Shown here one piece after another: positions 1-11,540 of a stretch of DNA of 64,000 nucleotides (the first letter of the stretch is position 1; every line of letters begins with the position of its first letter). This DNA comes from Blasia pusilla (Eukaryota), in NCBI GenBank assembly GCA_050084515.1, contig CM114271.1, positions 21,886,001 through 21,950,000 on the forward strand, in the 5' to 3' direction. The notes beneath the pieces were generated by a model. It had not been told where the DNA came from and did no database searches. It was given only the letters and a program-made list of their open reading frames with translations. Position numbers and translations under genes: made by a program.

Positions 1-1497
1 CTCTCGACGGCCGCTAATCATAGGCTGGCTCTTCCGGCGGCAATCTCTCGACGGGCGGCTAATCACGGATATTTGCCGCGGCTAATCTCTGGATGGCGGA
101 TATTGTTGGGACGGCGGCTATTTTCTAGGCGGCTGCTATACACACGCCGACGGCTATGTTCTAGGCGGCCGGTTTTTCTTCGACGGGCCGATAATCTTTG
201 GGGGGCGGCTATTTTCCGGCTATGTTCTAGCTCTAATCACAGGCCGGGCAGATATTGTTGGCACGGCGGCTATTTTAGGCGGTCGCTATACACAAAGCCG
301 GCGGCGGCTATGTTGTAGGCGGTCTTTGAGGCAGCGGCTATTTTCTCGACGACTATACACACGCCGCTAATCTAGAGGTCGGCGGCGGCTATTAATCGAC
401 GGCGGATATTGCTGGACGGGGCTAATCTGCGACGGCAGCTAATCAGTCGGGCGGATATTGTTGGCACGGGCTTAGGTTGGAGGTTACTTTCTTTAGGCGC
501 TATGGTGTTTATACACAAAGCCGGGAGTGGGTTTATGTTGTAGGCGATTCCGTCTTTTTCTTCTTCGACGGCCGCTAATCACGGTCCGCGGCTAATCACA
601 GCCGTGGGCTAATACTCTCGACGGGCGGATATTGCCGGACGGGCGGTTATTTTCTAGGCGATCGCTATACACACGCCGGTTTCCTCCATTCCCTCCTTTA
701 TTTGTTCTAGGCGGCCTTCCTTATTTTTCCTTCTTCTTCGACATGGGCGGCTATTCACTTATTTTCCCCCTCTTCTTCAATTTTCTTCCTCTCCTCCCTT
801 ATTGTTGACGGGCTGCTTTATTCCCATCCTTATTTTTCCTCCCTCTTCTTGAATAGCTTCATGTTTCAGAAATTTTCTTATGACGGCTCGCTCCCTTCAT
901 AATCACTTTCTTTTCCCTCCCCTTCCTTTTTGCTCCCTCGGCTTCAATTATTCTCTTCCACGGAGGCTAATCACAGCCGGAGGCTAAGTCTTTCGACGGC
1001 GGATATTAGGATTGAGAGGGGCGGCTCCACCCCTATATTTTCTAGGGTCGATTATTCTATACACACGCCATTGGGCGGCTATGTTCTAGGCTAAACTCCT
1101 CTATGACAAACCACGCCGTCACACTCTGAAATTCTTTCTTCTCTCGACGGGCGGTTATGATGAACCCAAAGCTCATTTTGAGGATCCACGACTGAAATAG
1201 AGATTATCTTATCTTGTGCCACTATTCATTTTGACACAAGTAGATTTCCTCTTATCTCTTCCAAAATATCCTCTTTTACCCACATGATATTTTCCAAATT
1301 GCCCTAACTAACCTGCCACCAACCAAGACTACTTTTGCTTTTCATTAAAGACTACTTTACTTTTAAGTCGTCTTTATTTATTACCTCCTTTTCCTAAAGT
1401 TGGCTACAAAGGGCGGAATAGCCGCAGAAATTTTCAGAGCCGCTAATCACATCCTCCCTCTCCTTCCATTTTATTTTATTCTACACCTCCTCTCCTC

Positions 1498-1940
1498 TGT
1501 CATGAACATACGGATTATGTCGTAGAGTATAGTGTGCTAGTAGAGGCCATTCCTTATGTAGGACCGTAGTGGCTTGGTAGAGATGCGGACTTTTTATACA
1601 TAGGGTTGGGGTTACATTTAGGTGGGGTGACTTTCCCCAAAAGAGGGCCCGCTCTTAGGTTGGAGGATATATAGGTGGAGTGCACTCAATCTTTGGAAAG
1701 TTCTTTGAGTTGAGCCTTGGCTATGGTGTTTCCCGCAAGCTTCGACCTAGATTCTCCCATCGTGGAGTGGGTTTGGCGCGATTGTATGTGATTCTATACG
1801 TGTTTTATGATAGTAGGTCTTTCATGGATTTCAAGTTGTGGTACACTGGTGTTTGTGGATACTCTCGTCTATGTTATGTAGGTATGTGAGTATGGTATGT
1901 CAGCCATGTATGCTGTATGGCGATGTGGATTCGCACGACA
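1498..1940. mobile_element. Solo LTR, 443 bp, with 4-bp TSD CCTC
   Basis: Termini TGTCATG...CACGACA (TG...CA, imperfect inverted ends). CCTC at 1494-1497 and 1941-1944. Removing the insert and one TSD restores the host repeat TCTCCTCCCTTCATG. TATA-like GATATATAG at ~1666. Confidence 0.7.
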
Positions 1941-2467
1941 CCTCCCTTCATGTTTCCTCCATTCCCTCCTTTATTTTTCCCTCCCCTTCATTTATTTTTC
2001 CCTCCCCTTCCTTATTTTTCCTCCCTCTTCTTCAATTTTTTTCCTCTCCTCCCTTCATGTTTCATGCATTCCATGCTTTATTTTTCCCTCCCCTTCCTTA
2101 TTTTTCCCCCCTCTTCTTCAATTTTCTTCCTCTCCTCCCTTCATGTTTCATGCATTCCCTGCTTTATTTTTCCCTCCCCATCCTTATTTTTCCTCCCTCT
2201 TCTTCAATTTTCTTCCTCTCCTCCCTTCATGTTTCATGCATTCCTTGCTTTATTTTTCCCTCCCCTTCCTTATTTTTCCTCCCTCTTCTTCAATTTTCTT
2301 CCTCTCCTCCCTTCATGTTTCATGCATTCCCTACTTTCTTTTTCCCTCCCCTTCCTTTTTTTTGCTCCCTCTTCTTCAACTTTTTTCCTCTCCTCCCTTC
2401 ATTTCTCTTCCATTCCTAGTATTTCCTCCCTCTTCTTAACCCCTTCATGTATTCTCCACCCCCCCGT
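1941..2467. repeat. Pyrimidine-rich 86-bp tandem repeat, about 5-6 copies; degenerate continuation 3326-3660
   Basis: TTCCTCTCCTCCCTTCAT recurs at 2041, 2127, 2213, 2299 and 2385 (exact 86-bp period). Confidence 0.95.
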
Positions 2468-3325
2468 TGTCGTGTCGAGAGTCTTTCTTCGAGCAAGGGC
2501 GGGCCTTCTAACTTGACATGGTAAGGATTGAGGAAAGGAAAGTCGGGCACAGCTCGTGCTCCACCCCTATCCATGCTTGACACACATTCTCTACTCTCCT
2601 CAAGAATGGGTTTTGGCGGAGTTATTCTCCCAAGAGGGGTAATCCACTCTCATTGGGGAAGTAACAAGCCAAAACTTCCGCTATTTTAGTATGACTAAAC
2701 TCCTCTACGGTGACAAACCTCGCATCCCCACACACACACATCACACTCTAGAAATCTCTCAAAGAATAGACCATGGTCAAGTTACTCTCCCAAGAGGGGT
2801 GATCCACTCTCATTGGAAGAGCAAGCAATCCCAAAGCCATACACTCAAGAGAGACACGAGAGACTCAAGATGTGGAATAGAAGGTGATGAACCCTTGAAG
2901 GTCCCTCCTCTTTATATACTCACAAGGGATCCACAAGAGTACGAAATAGAGATTATCTTATCTTGTGCCACATGGCTTCCTCCCAAGGCTTAGCCAATCA
3001 CATTTTGACACAAGTAGATTTCCTCTTATCTCTTCCAAAATATCCTCTTTTACCCACATGATATTTTCCAAATTACCCCAACTAACCTAGCCACCAACCA
3101 AGACTACTTTTGCTTTTCATTAAAGCAACTACTTTACTTTTATAAAGTCATCTTTTATTTATTACCTCCTTTTCCTAAAGTTGGGCCCGCATAAAAGAGG
3201 CACCATAAAGAGGTTTAAACATAAGAATCTCCTTTTTCTAAGCCAATTTACTTAATACTAATGAAACTCTATCTAACACTTAATGACGAAGGAGTTTACA
3301 TACTGGTTGATTTTACTATACGACA
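2468..3325. mobile_element. Solo LTR, 858 bp, with 4-bp TSD CCGT
   Basis: Termini TGTCGT...ACGACA (perfect 6-bp inverted repeat, TG...CA). CCGT at 2464-2467 and 3326-3329. Internal ~35-bp duplication at ~2621 and ~2782. It interrupts the TC-rich repeat. Confidence 0.85.
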
Positions 3326-4419
3326 CCGTCTCCTTCATTTCTTTCCCTCTCCTTCCTCAATTTTCTCCTCCCTCCCCACCTTAGTTTTTCCACCCTCTTT
3401 TATTCAAATTTTTTTCCTCTCCTCCATTCCTTCACTAATGTAAACCCCTTCAATCTCCAATTTGCTCCTTCTTCATTTCTCCTCCCCCGCACTAATTTCC
3501 TCCCTCTCCATCAATTTTTTTCCCTCCCCCCTCTCCTTCATTTCTTTCCCTCTTCTTCCTCAATTTTCTCCTCCCTCCCCATCCTAGTTTTTCCACCCTC
3601 TTCTCCCTTTTTTTTCCTCTCTTTTCCTCAATTTTCAGATTCCTTCATCCCTTCCTCTCAAAATATAGCCTTAGACATGGTGAAGTATGCTGGCTAAGGG
3701 AGAGTCGCCGCCTGGGCTACGGTCAGAATGGCGCAGAAGGGAGTCAAGCCCTCTCTGCGGCTATTCTCTGTTGTGAAGGGAGTGGCTCGTCATGCTGAAG
3801 TGCAGAGAAGGCGATCAAGCCGGCATGCGGCTATAGTGTGCGTACTAGGGGACGGGCTAGCGGGTATGTAAATCGACCTTGGATATTGAATAGAAACCTG
3901 GAATGCATGCGTGCGAGTGGTGGACGGGCAGGCAAGGCTAGGACGTGAGGCCAATTTTCAGATTCAACGTTGAGATTTCAATTATTAGGTCAATTTTCAG
4001 ATTTCACATTTCAGATTTGAGGGTGATGAAGGTCGAATGTGCTCTTGGGCAATTTTTCCCTCCCCCTCTCCTTCATTTCTTGCGATCTTGCAGAGCGGAA
4101 GTTTTTCCACCCTCTTCTCTTTTTTTGCGGATTGGGGACGAGCCGGCTGATTGCGAACGCAGAGGGACGGCTATCCTCTTGGGCGGATTGCGATTGTGGA
4201 GCTTTGGCGGCTAATGTGTGGATTTCGGACATTAGAGTCTCAAGTGCAGCCCGCGGCAGGTTTTAGGTCCAATTTTATGCCATTTGAAGTGAAATGCCGA
4301 GCTTGGGGTTTCAGTGATTTCTCCTTTAGGTCAATTTGAAGCAATATGGTGTGGCAGATTTACCTTGGTGTTGCGGGTTTGGACGCAGACGGGTAGATGC
4401 CTTGTTAGTAACACGCAAA

Positions 4420-5070
4420 GATGGTAGAAATTAGCGTGGATATGGCTAATTTCAAGATGGAGGTATGAGCCGCTCGTGAGATTAAGCTAATTTCAAGGCG
4501 GTAGATGCCTTGTTAGTAACATAAGCTTCTTGAAATTAGCTGTGACGGCGGCTAATATCGAGATAGAAGAAATATATACCTTGGTAGTAATTTCAATATG
4601 GCAAAATTAGCTCGCTTTGGCAATAGAAATAATATGGTAGTAATTTACTTGCAAGATGCTAGAAAACAGCCCAGAACGCGGATAATTTGAGATGGTAGAA
4701 ATTAGCCTCAGCCGTGGCTAATTTCAAGATGCTAAAACTAGCCCCCCAGGCGGCTAATTTCAAGATGGAGGTATGATACCGCCGCAAGACTAATTTCAAT
4801 ATGGCAAAAATTAGTGCAGCGGTGGCGCCTACTTGCAAGATGCTAGAAAACGACCGCAGAACGCGGATAATTTGAGATGGTAGAAATTAGCCCCAAACGG
4901 CGGCTAATTTCAAGGTGGAGGTATGACCAGTGCCCGGCTAATTTCAATATGGCAGAAATTAGCGCAATGCGCCGCCTAATTGCAAGATGCTAGAAACAAC
5001 CGCAGAACGCGGCTAATTTCGAGATGGTAGAAATTAGCCGCAACCGCGCTAATTTCAAGATGGTAGACTT
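4420..5070. repeat. Array of palindromic ~36-bp units CGGCTAATTTC-N9-GAAATTAGCCG
   Basis: Best unit 5009-5041: GCGGCTAATTTC GAGATGGTA GAAATTAGCCGC (12-bp inverted arms). A higher-order repeat TTGCAAGATGCTAGAAA occurs at ~4649, ~4833 and ~4980. Confidence 0.85.
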
Positions 5071-6191
5071 TCCTCCTCCTTCGGAATTTTCATGGCGCCG
5101 GCGTGTTAATTGATCTGTTCGGTTCATGGTGAGATTATCCTAGATGCAAGGCCTACGGGGACGTCAACTCTTCAATTTTGTGGCGATCAATGAGATCTCC
5201 TGCGAGTGGTTTTGTGGCTCTTGGCTTATATTTCGGAGATTGATTCGCAGGAAAAATATCTCCAAATATTCTCGGACAGATGACTCAAAAGCGTTGTTCA
5301 GCCGCTGCGCTTTCACCGATACTTTCCGTCTTTGGTTCCTAACGCCACGCGGAAATACTCTTCTGCCGTGGAGAATGCTGCACTAACAGGTCTTTTCCGC
5401 TCACTACTATCTCTCAAGCGGAACGGTGAGGCTGGGAAGGATAGGCAGTTGAGAGAAGGCATGGCATCTTGTTTGTAATGTACATGCATCACTCACTACA
5501 TATGATTGATATGAATAAGACCAACGAATGAAGAAATTTTCTGCACGGTTTAAATCCATTCTCGTTAACTTTGGTGTGGACTCTGGAGCGTCACGCTTCT
5601 TGGACGAGCTTAAATATACCTCTGAACATTTGGTTAGAATGCATTCAGAATTTGGAGATACGCTTCACGGCTAGAGTTCTGCTACTTCAAAGCTACATTG
5701 ACCTCTGCAAAGGCTTCATTTGGGTAACTCCACTACTTTTGCTTGCCTAGCCAATGCCACTTGTCCTGAGCCTCCAAGAGATGCAATGTTTTCTTGGATT
5801 GCTCACAATCACCAGAAGTTATGACCATCACTTAAGTATTTCTTATGTGTTTGGATGCAAAAATCTGAATTTACACTTAATTTCATTATCAGTGGTTTAT
5901 GTAAATACACAGATAGATTTTTGGCATGGTCCAAGCTCTTGTAATGATTTTTCATCCAACTTTCCAACCACTTCTTAGAAAGCAAGAACTTATTTCTGTA
6001 CTGACATTATGTGTATGCAGATGCTTGCAGCATTTAGTGTTGATCACAAAATTGTGTATCATGAAACAATTTTCATTCGAAATGGAGGTATGAGGGCTTT
6101 GCCTCTTCTTCCTTGTATTTTATACATACGAGAGAAAACTGGTAATTTCCTTTATTCTTGCTTTCTAACTAGGCGGGTGGGACAAAGTGTC

Positions 6192-6800
6192 TCCTTATGA
6201 ACAGGATGCCTCGTCATGTCAGATGGGGACTCCATAAGTGCCTCACATATCCTCTTGTGTGGGACTTCTATCTTTTTTCTCCTGCAGAGATTCACTCAAA
6301 GATTTGAGGCTTCCAAAACATCACTGACAGTTGATTCCTCAGCAATTGAAAGTGGACTATCGACCATAGGACCTGAACTTCCCTCCGGTAAAGCCTCAGG
6401 TACAGAGTCCTTGGGTAATTTGACTGGGGCAGAATTTGTTTTTTCATATGCTCTTCTGATCTCTGGTACTGGCTAATATCAAGAGGGTAGTAATTAGCCG
6501 CAGCCGGCGGCTATTTTCCTTATGAACTGGGATGACTGCTCAGTCATGTAAGATGGGGACTCCATAAGTGCCTGACATATCCTCCTGTGTGGGACTTGGA
6601 TCTTTTTTCTCCTGCAGAGATTCAATCAAAGATTTCAAATTTCAAAACATCACTGACAGCTGATTCCTCAACAATTGAAGCTGGACTTTCGACCATAGGA
6701 CCTGAACTTCCCTCTGGTAAAGCCTCAGGTACAGAGTCCTTGGGTAATTTAATTGGGGCAGATTTTGGTTTTGCATCTGTACTTCTGATCTCTGATATCT
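6192..6800. repeat. Tandem duplication of a ~325-bp segment
   Basis: CCTTATGAAC...GATGGGGACTCCATAAGTGCC...GGTAAAGCCTCAGGTACAGAGTCCTTGGGTAATTT is present at ~6192-6470 and ~6518-6800. Confidence 0.9.
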
Positions 6801-7220
6801 GAGAACGTAAACTACGGAACAGATTCAGAACTGTCTTTGGATGAAACTTCCTTTGCTACTTCTATGCAAATGGCATTTTTTTTTGTATCTCATTCTTCAT
6901 GCTGACAGATGTCTTTTTGGCAGGCGAATCGACGGATCTACCTAAAGGATCGGACTTCCCACAGGTGCATACTCCTCTACTAGTATCAGATGAGACTACA
7001 TGCTTAATTCTAGCGTCTGAACCTGGGTTAGCTGTCGTCACATCTGGATGATTTATTCGCTCTCACAGAACTCCATTGGAAGTACTTCACATTCTATGTT
7101 TGTATTCACCAAGGGCTATACCCTCCCATTGATAGAAAGTCCTATCGGGGTTGTCACTAATGTGCTTAGTTGGGTTTGGTGCATTTACCATACAATCTCC
7201 CTCTTCTTAATTTCTTGCAG

Positions 7221-10200
7221 GGACAACATCTAAGTCAAGCTATGGAAGCAGGGTTCCCATTAAAAGATGTCGTTTATCGGACAAACTTTGCTAGGTTGGA
7301 TGAGAATGTAGATAAGGACATGGCTGTTACCATGGGAGTCGCTGGAGTGTGGGAGGTGGATTGGACCGTCTGTGATAAGGATATGGTCATAAACTTCTTG
7401 ACCACGTTCAACCTCGACACTTCAGAGGGGATGCTTTGACGAATCTACGGGCATACAATGTCAGAGTATGCTTTATGCATCTCTCCAGAACTCATAGCAA
7501 ATGCTTTCCAATTCAACCACCTTGGCTCATTCTTATCTATGGAGCGCCAACACACTGATCAAGAGGAGCCAAGAATTTATTCCAAGTACCTCACCAAGCT
7601 GGACAAGAATAGCCACGGATACAAGCTAGGGTGTGTTGTGCCAGAGAACTTTCGGGCACTACTATTACAACTGAATCGTTGCTTTCATATGAAAGCAAAC
7701 CCCGAGTGTGTCCCTGCAAGCATGTTATCAATGGCATGTCGGGCTTGGGAAGGCATTCCGGTGGATTGGGCAAGCTATGTGTACAGGAAACTCATGCTTG
7801 ATATCAGGCAAGTCCTCCGACCAAGAGCCAAGAGAGAGAAAGTGAGAGAAAGCGGAGTTGGAGTTATTTTGACCATTCTCTTCAACCATGGCGATGATCC
7901 GACCTCACATGAGGTGACTGTAGCAGAGGCCACCCTAGTATCAGATCCAAAATTGAAAGGGAAGGCAAAGCTGAGTGGGACTCCACCGACCGAGCCCAAG
8001 AATCCTCGGAAGAGGAAAATTGCAGGAAAGGAGGAGAGTGAGCCCAAAGACAAATCAGACCGATTGCGCATAAAATTGAAGCTACCTACCAAAGACACTA
8101 CTACAGGGAAGGCACAAACTTTAGATGATAGCGATGATTTCATTGCAAAAAAGAAAATGCCGAGAAATAAGAGTTCCTCACATGGAGCCGGGAAGGAGCT
8201 TCCACAATCGCAGATGAAGAATCCGAAGTCTCGGCCAAAAACCCAAGGAAAGAAGAAAGTGAGGGTTCTAACCATTTCTATTCATTTTGTTTTACTTTCT
8301 TGGCTATATGCATGAACGGCGGCTATTCACAGCCCAGGGCACTTGCAAGCATTAACCTGCGGCTAAATTGTAGACTAATAGCAGCCGGCGGCGGCTATTC
8401 ACAGCCTTTGCACAAAGATGCCAGAATGAACCGGCGTCTATTATAGCGTAAGTTCGGGCGGCTATTTTAATTCTCCGGATGGCGACTAAGAGCAGCCGCC
8501 GGTGACTATTAAGCCCGCTTTTGGACAAGGCTACCAGAAAGAGTCGGCGTCTATTCTAGCACAGGGGGGCGACTATGCACTCTCTTTGGACTAAACAAAA
8601 TAGCAAATGAAGGGGGCTATTCACGACCACCATTGTACAAGGTTGGCGGCTATCCACATCGTTTGGGGAAGGCTACTAGCTTACACAAGGATGCCTACAC
8701 TTTTTTAGTTTTCTTTATATGTAAATATAACTTTTGGGGTTCATTGGTGTGTACTAGAGACGTCTACACTTCCAAAGAAAAGTTAAGAAGGAAGATGATT
8801 CGCAACTCGCCGATTGCTACAAATTCGAATCCAAGTGTAAGTAGAGTAAGATTTCATCATAGCTTGGTATTCTTTCATGTAGACAAGATAAACGTTTTCT
8901 CAAAACCAGATTCCCCTAAGGACTCCTCCTTCCATAGAATCCAAAGCGGGTGTATAAAGACTTGCTATCCTTTCCTTTTGCAGATGAGGATGTCAATTGT
9001 GAAGTTCGTAGTCTTATAAATTTATTTTTTGGGTGGTACAGAATACTACTACGTCTAGTCGACCTCGCCGTGCAAGAATGGAGATTTCAAGGTTGGGTAT
9101 TGCGAAAGAATAGGCCTGCACATGAGAGCAATGTCATTGTAGAGGAGCATATTTCAGGCCCGCCACGGCTTCAGGGGAAAGTGAAGGTCTAAAGGAACCC
9201 CATGTCGAGGAGGAGCAGGGTGAACCCGTCTGTGAGGTGGGTGTCATTGATACTCAGAAGGTGATAGATGAGGTGATCAAAGGCATCACAGAGGAATTGA
9301 ATACTGCTGAGGACAAGGCAGCGGAGGATTCAAAAGATCATGTCATTCATTTGGAGGATAGTGAAGCAAAGGAGCCTGAGAAGAAGGATGCGGCTAGCCC
9401 TAAGTCCAATCCAAATGACACTCACACCAACAGACATGATTCACCTTCACCTGTACATGGAGTGAAGAGTGGAGAAAGCAAAGGGAATGAGCAACGGAAG
9501 GATGGTATCGATGGCTTGGATTGGCAAGAATTTGGGAACTTGCCTGAATGGAACACTCAGAAGGTAGGAGGTTGGGAAGTTCCCAATGTTTCTCAGTTCG
9601 GGCCTTCACAACACCGTAGGGAGTCTCTAGGCACAACAAGGAAAGACACGGCAGATGCACCTATGAAGATCACTACAGAGGGCCCTCATGGGAACATGGC
9701 AAGCGGCACACCACGTGCTCACCCTACAACAACGACAAGGGCCCAGCTTTTCGTGGAGCCTATGGTGATTACCCGAGGCTCTCAAACCATGGACAAGTTT
9801 CTTGTGAACAGAATGAGTCAAACTGACCATATGTTCACATTGGATCAACAATTGCAAACAGATAGTATCCCTGAGGTGCACATGGTTAACCGATTATGCC
9901 AGATTGAGAGCGTGTACCATGTGAACAACTATGTGCAAACTGAGGACTCCACATGGTGGATGAATCACATGCGGTCCAAAGCGCTAGCAATGGTTCCAAC
10001 ACGCGGTGCTCCACAACCCACACCATCAAGTGAAGATGGTATACTCCCTAATGCTGGGGGAGCTGAAGGTTTGGACGGAAAAGAAGATGGGCTCAAATCA
10101 CAGAAGGTATTCTGCCAATCTTCAATTGCCCATCTTCCTTTATGTGGCCTCTATTCTCCAATCGTTCTTCACAAATTGCACTAAGTTCTTATGGATTTTT

Positions 10201-11007
10201 GGCATTCTCAGTGGAGGACTCAACCTATAGGTGAAGGTTTACTCTATATTTGTTGGATTGTCCCAAAACCCTATCCAAAAATCCTTAGTGATCACAATCG
10301 GCGCCTATTCACTGTGGGCGGCTATTCACACAGCCTTAGTGATCACAACCGGCGGGTAAACATAGCCGACGCCTATTCGTAGTGGGCGGCTATGCACACC
10401 CAATGCCAATTTCTAGGCGGCGGCTAATCACAATCAAAGGCTTTGTGCTAAGCACAAAGTGGGGCTAATCACACACGGCGGATTTTTTCCATTGTAGGTT
10501 ATTTCATGTACACATTCCGTTTGTCTTTGGATGTAGGGACCAACGGAAGAAGTACCAGAGGAAGACCCGAGTGTGCCACAAGGAGGGTTTCTGATTGATG
10601 AGAGAATCATACAATTGTGGATTAACCATTTGGGGATGCCCGCGGAAGATGTGGTGCATTTGGAGTGTTGGGAGGACAAAATTCATCTCACTGAACGAAC
10701 CACAGCTAGAGTAGACAAGTATGTTGAAGTCCTGGAGCTAAGGCACGCAGCTTTTCTCGCTGACAGAGGATATCTCATTACAAAGTTAGGAGTGACCGGC
10801 TATGACAACAAAGGTGGGTGGGAAGAAGCCTTGCGTAGAGTGACAACCTTGCAAGATTCGGCAGCAAGGAATTCACAGTTTATTCGTGATCTCTTGAGTA
10901 GGCTAGGTGTGTCATCAGACGGCTTGGACGAGGCATCCTGTTTCTCCAGGGCTCTAGTGGCTATTGTTGACTTGCAGCGGTTGGATTCTTTAGGTCCAAG
11001 CATGTAA
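7221..11007 (+). pseudogene. Multi-exon transposon accessory gene, disrupted (plant-transposon-protein-like N domain, K/E-rich middle, helical C-terminus)
   Basis: Acceptor TTTCTTGCAG at 7220 opens exon 7221-8258. ORFs 7170 and 7458 share one frame, broken only by TGA at 7437-7439. Donor GTGAGG at 8259. An exon of ~9160-10106 joins in frame via intron 10107-10536 to 10537-11007 (TAA). The motif AWEGIPVDWASYVYRKLMLDI resembles TE-associated plant proteins (family assignment from memory). The 8700-9160 exon structure and the start codon are unresolved. Confidence 0.6.
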
Positions 11008-11109
11008 TAAATCTTTGTAAAGTTCCTTTTTGTTTTATGGTGAAACGATGATCACATCCATGTTGTATAATGTATGTCAAGCGTTGGAATTTGTGCACTT
11101 CCACCCCAA

Positions 11110-11540
11110 ACCCCACAACCTGCGGCTAAAACGGTCATCAGCCCTGGGGCTGCGGCTACAACCTGCGGCTAACTCCAAACCCTAAACCCTAAACCTGCGG
11201 CTAAAGCATGCGGCTAAAACCTGCAGCTAAAGCATGCGGCTAAAACCTGCGGTTAAATTGGTCCATCCTCTCCCCCTTGGCTGAAACTTCATCAGCTCAC
11301 TGCAATGCCATGACACACTGGAGATGCGGCTAAAACCTGCGGCTAAATCCAAGCTTCCACCTTAAACCTGCGGCTAAAACCTATTGTTAAATTCGTCCAT
11401 CCTCTCCCCCTTGTCTGAAACTTCATCAGCTCACTGCAATGCCATGACACACTAGAGCTGCGGCTAAATCCAAACTTCCACCCTATACCTGCGGCTAAAA
11501 CCTGCGGCTAAATTGGTCCCTCCTTGGCTGAAACTTCAGA
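11110..11540. repeat. Subterminal ACCTGCGGCTAAA array with a ~130-bp higher-order duplication and an embedded (AAACCCT)2 telo-box
   Basis: More than ten (C/A)TGCGGCTAA copies. GTCCATCCTCTCCCCCTTG...CCATGACACACT is duplicated at ~11261 and ~11395. AAACCCTAAACCCTAAACC at 11177-11195. Confidence 0.85.

Noticed and set aside
1838-2516. Three overlapping 180-199 aa F/P/S/L-rich ORFs
   Set aside because: Artefact of the stop-free 86-bp polypyrimidine repeat; all three frames are open and give the same permuted peptide.
4420-5070. CRISPR-like appearance of the palindromic array
   Set aside because: Linkers are only a few bases and are not unique spacers, no cas genes are present, and the context is an intron-rich plant genome.
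11177-11195. Interstitial telomere
   Set aside because: Only about 2.7 AAACCCT units embedded in TE subterminal repeats; a telo-box at most.
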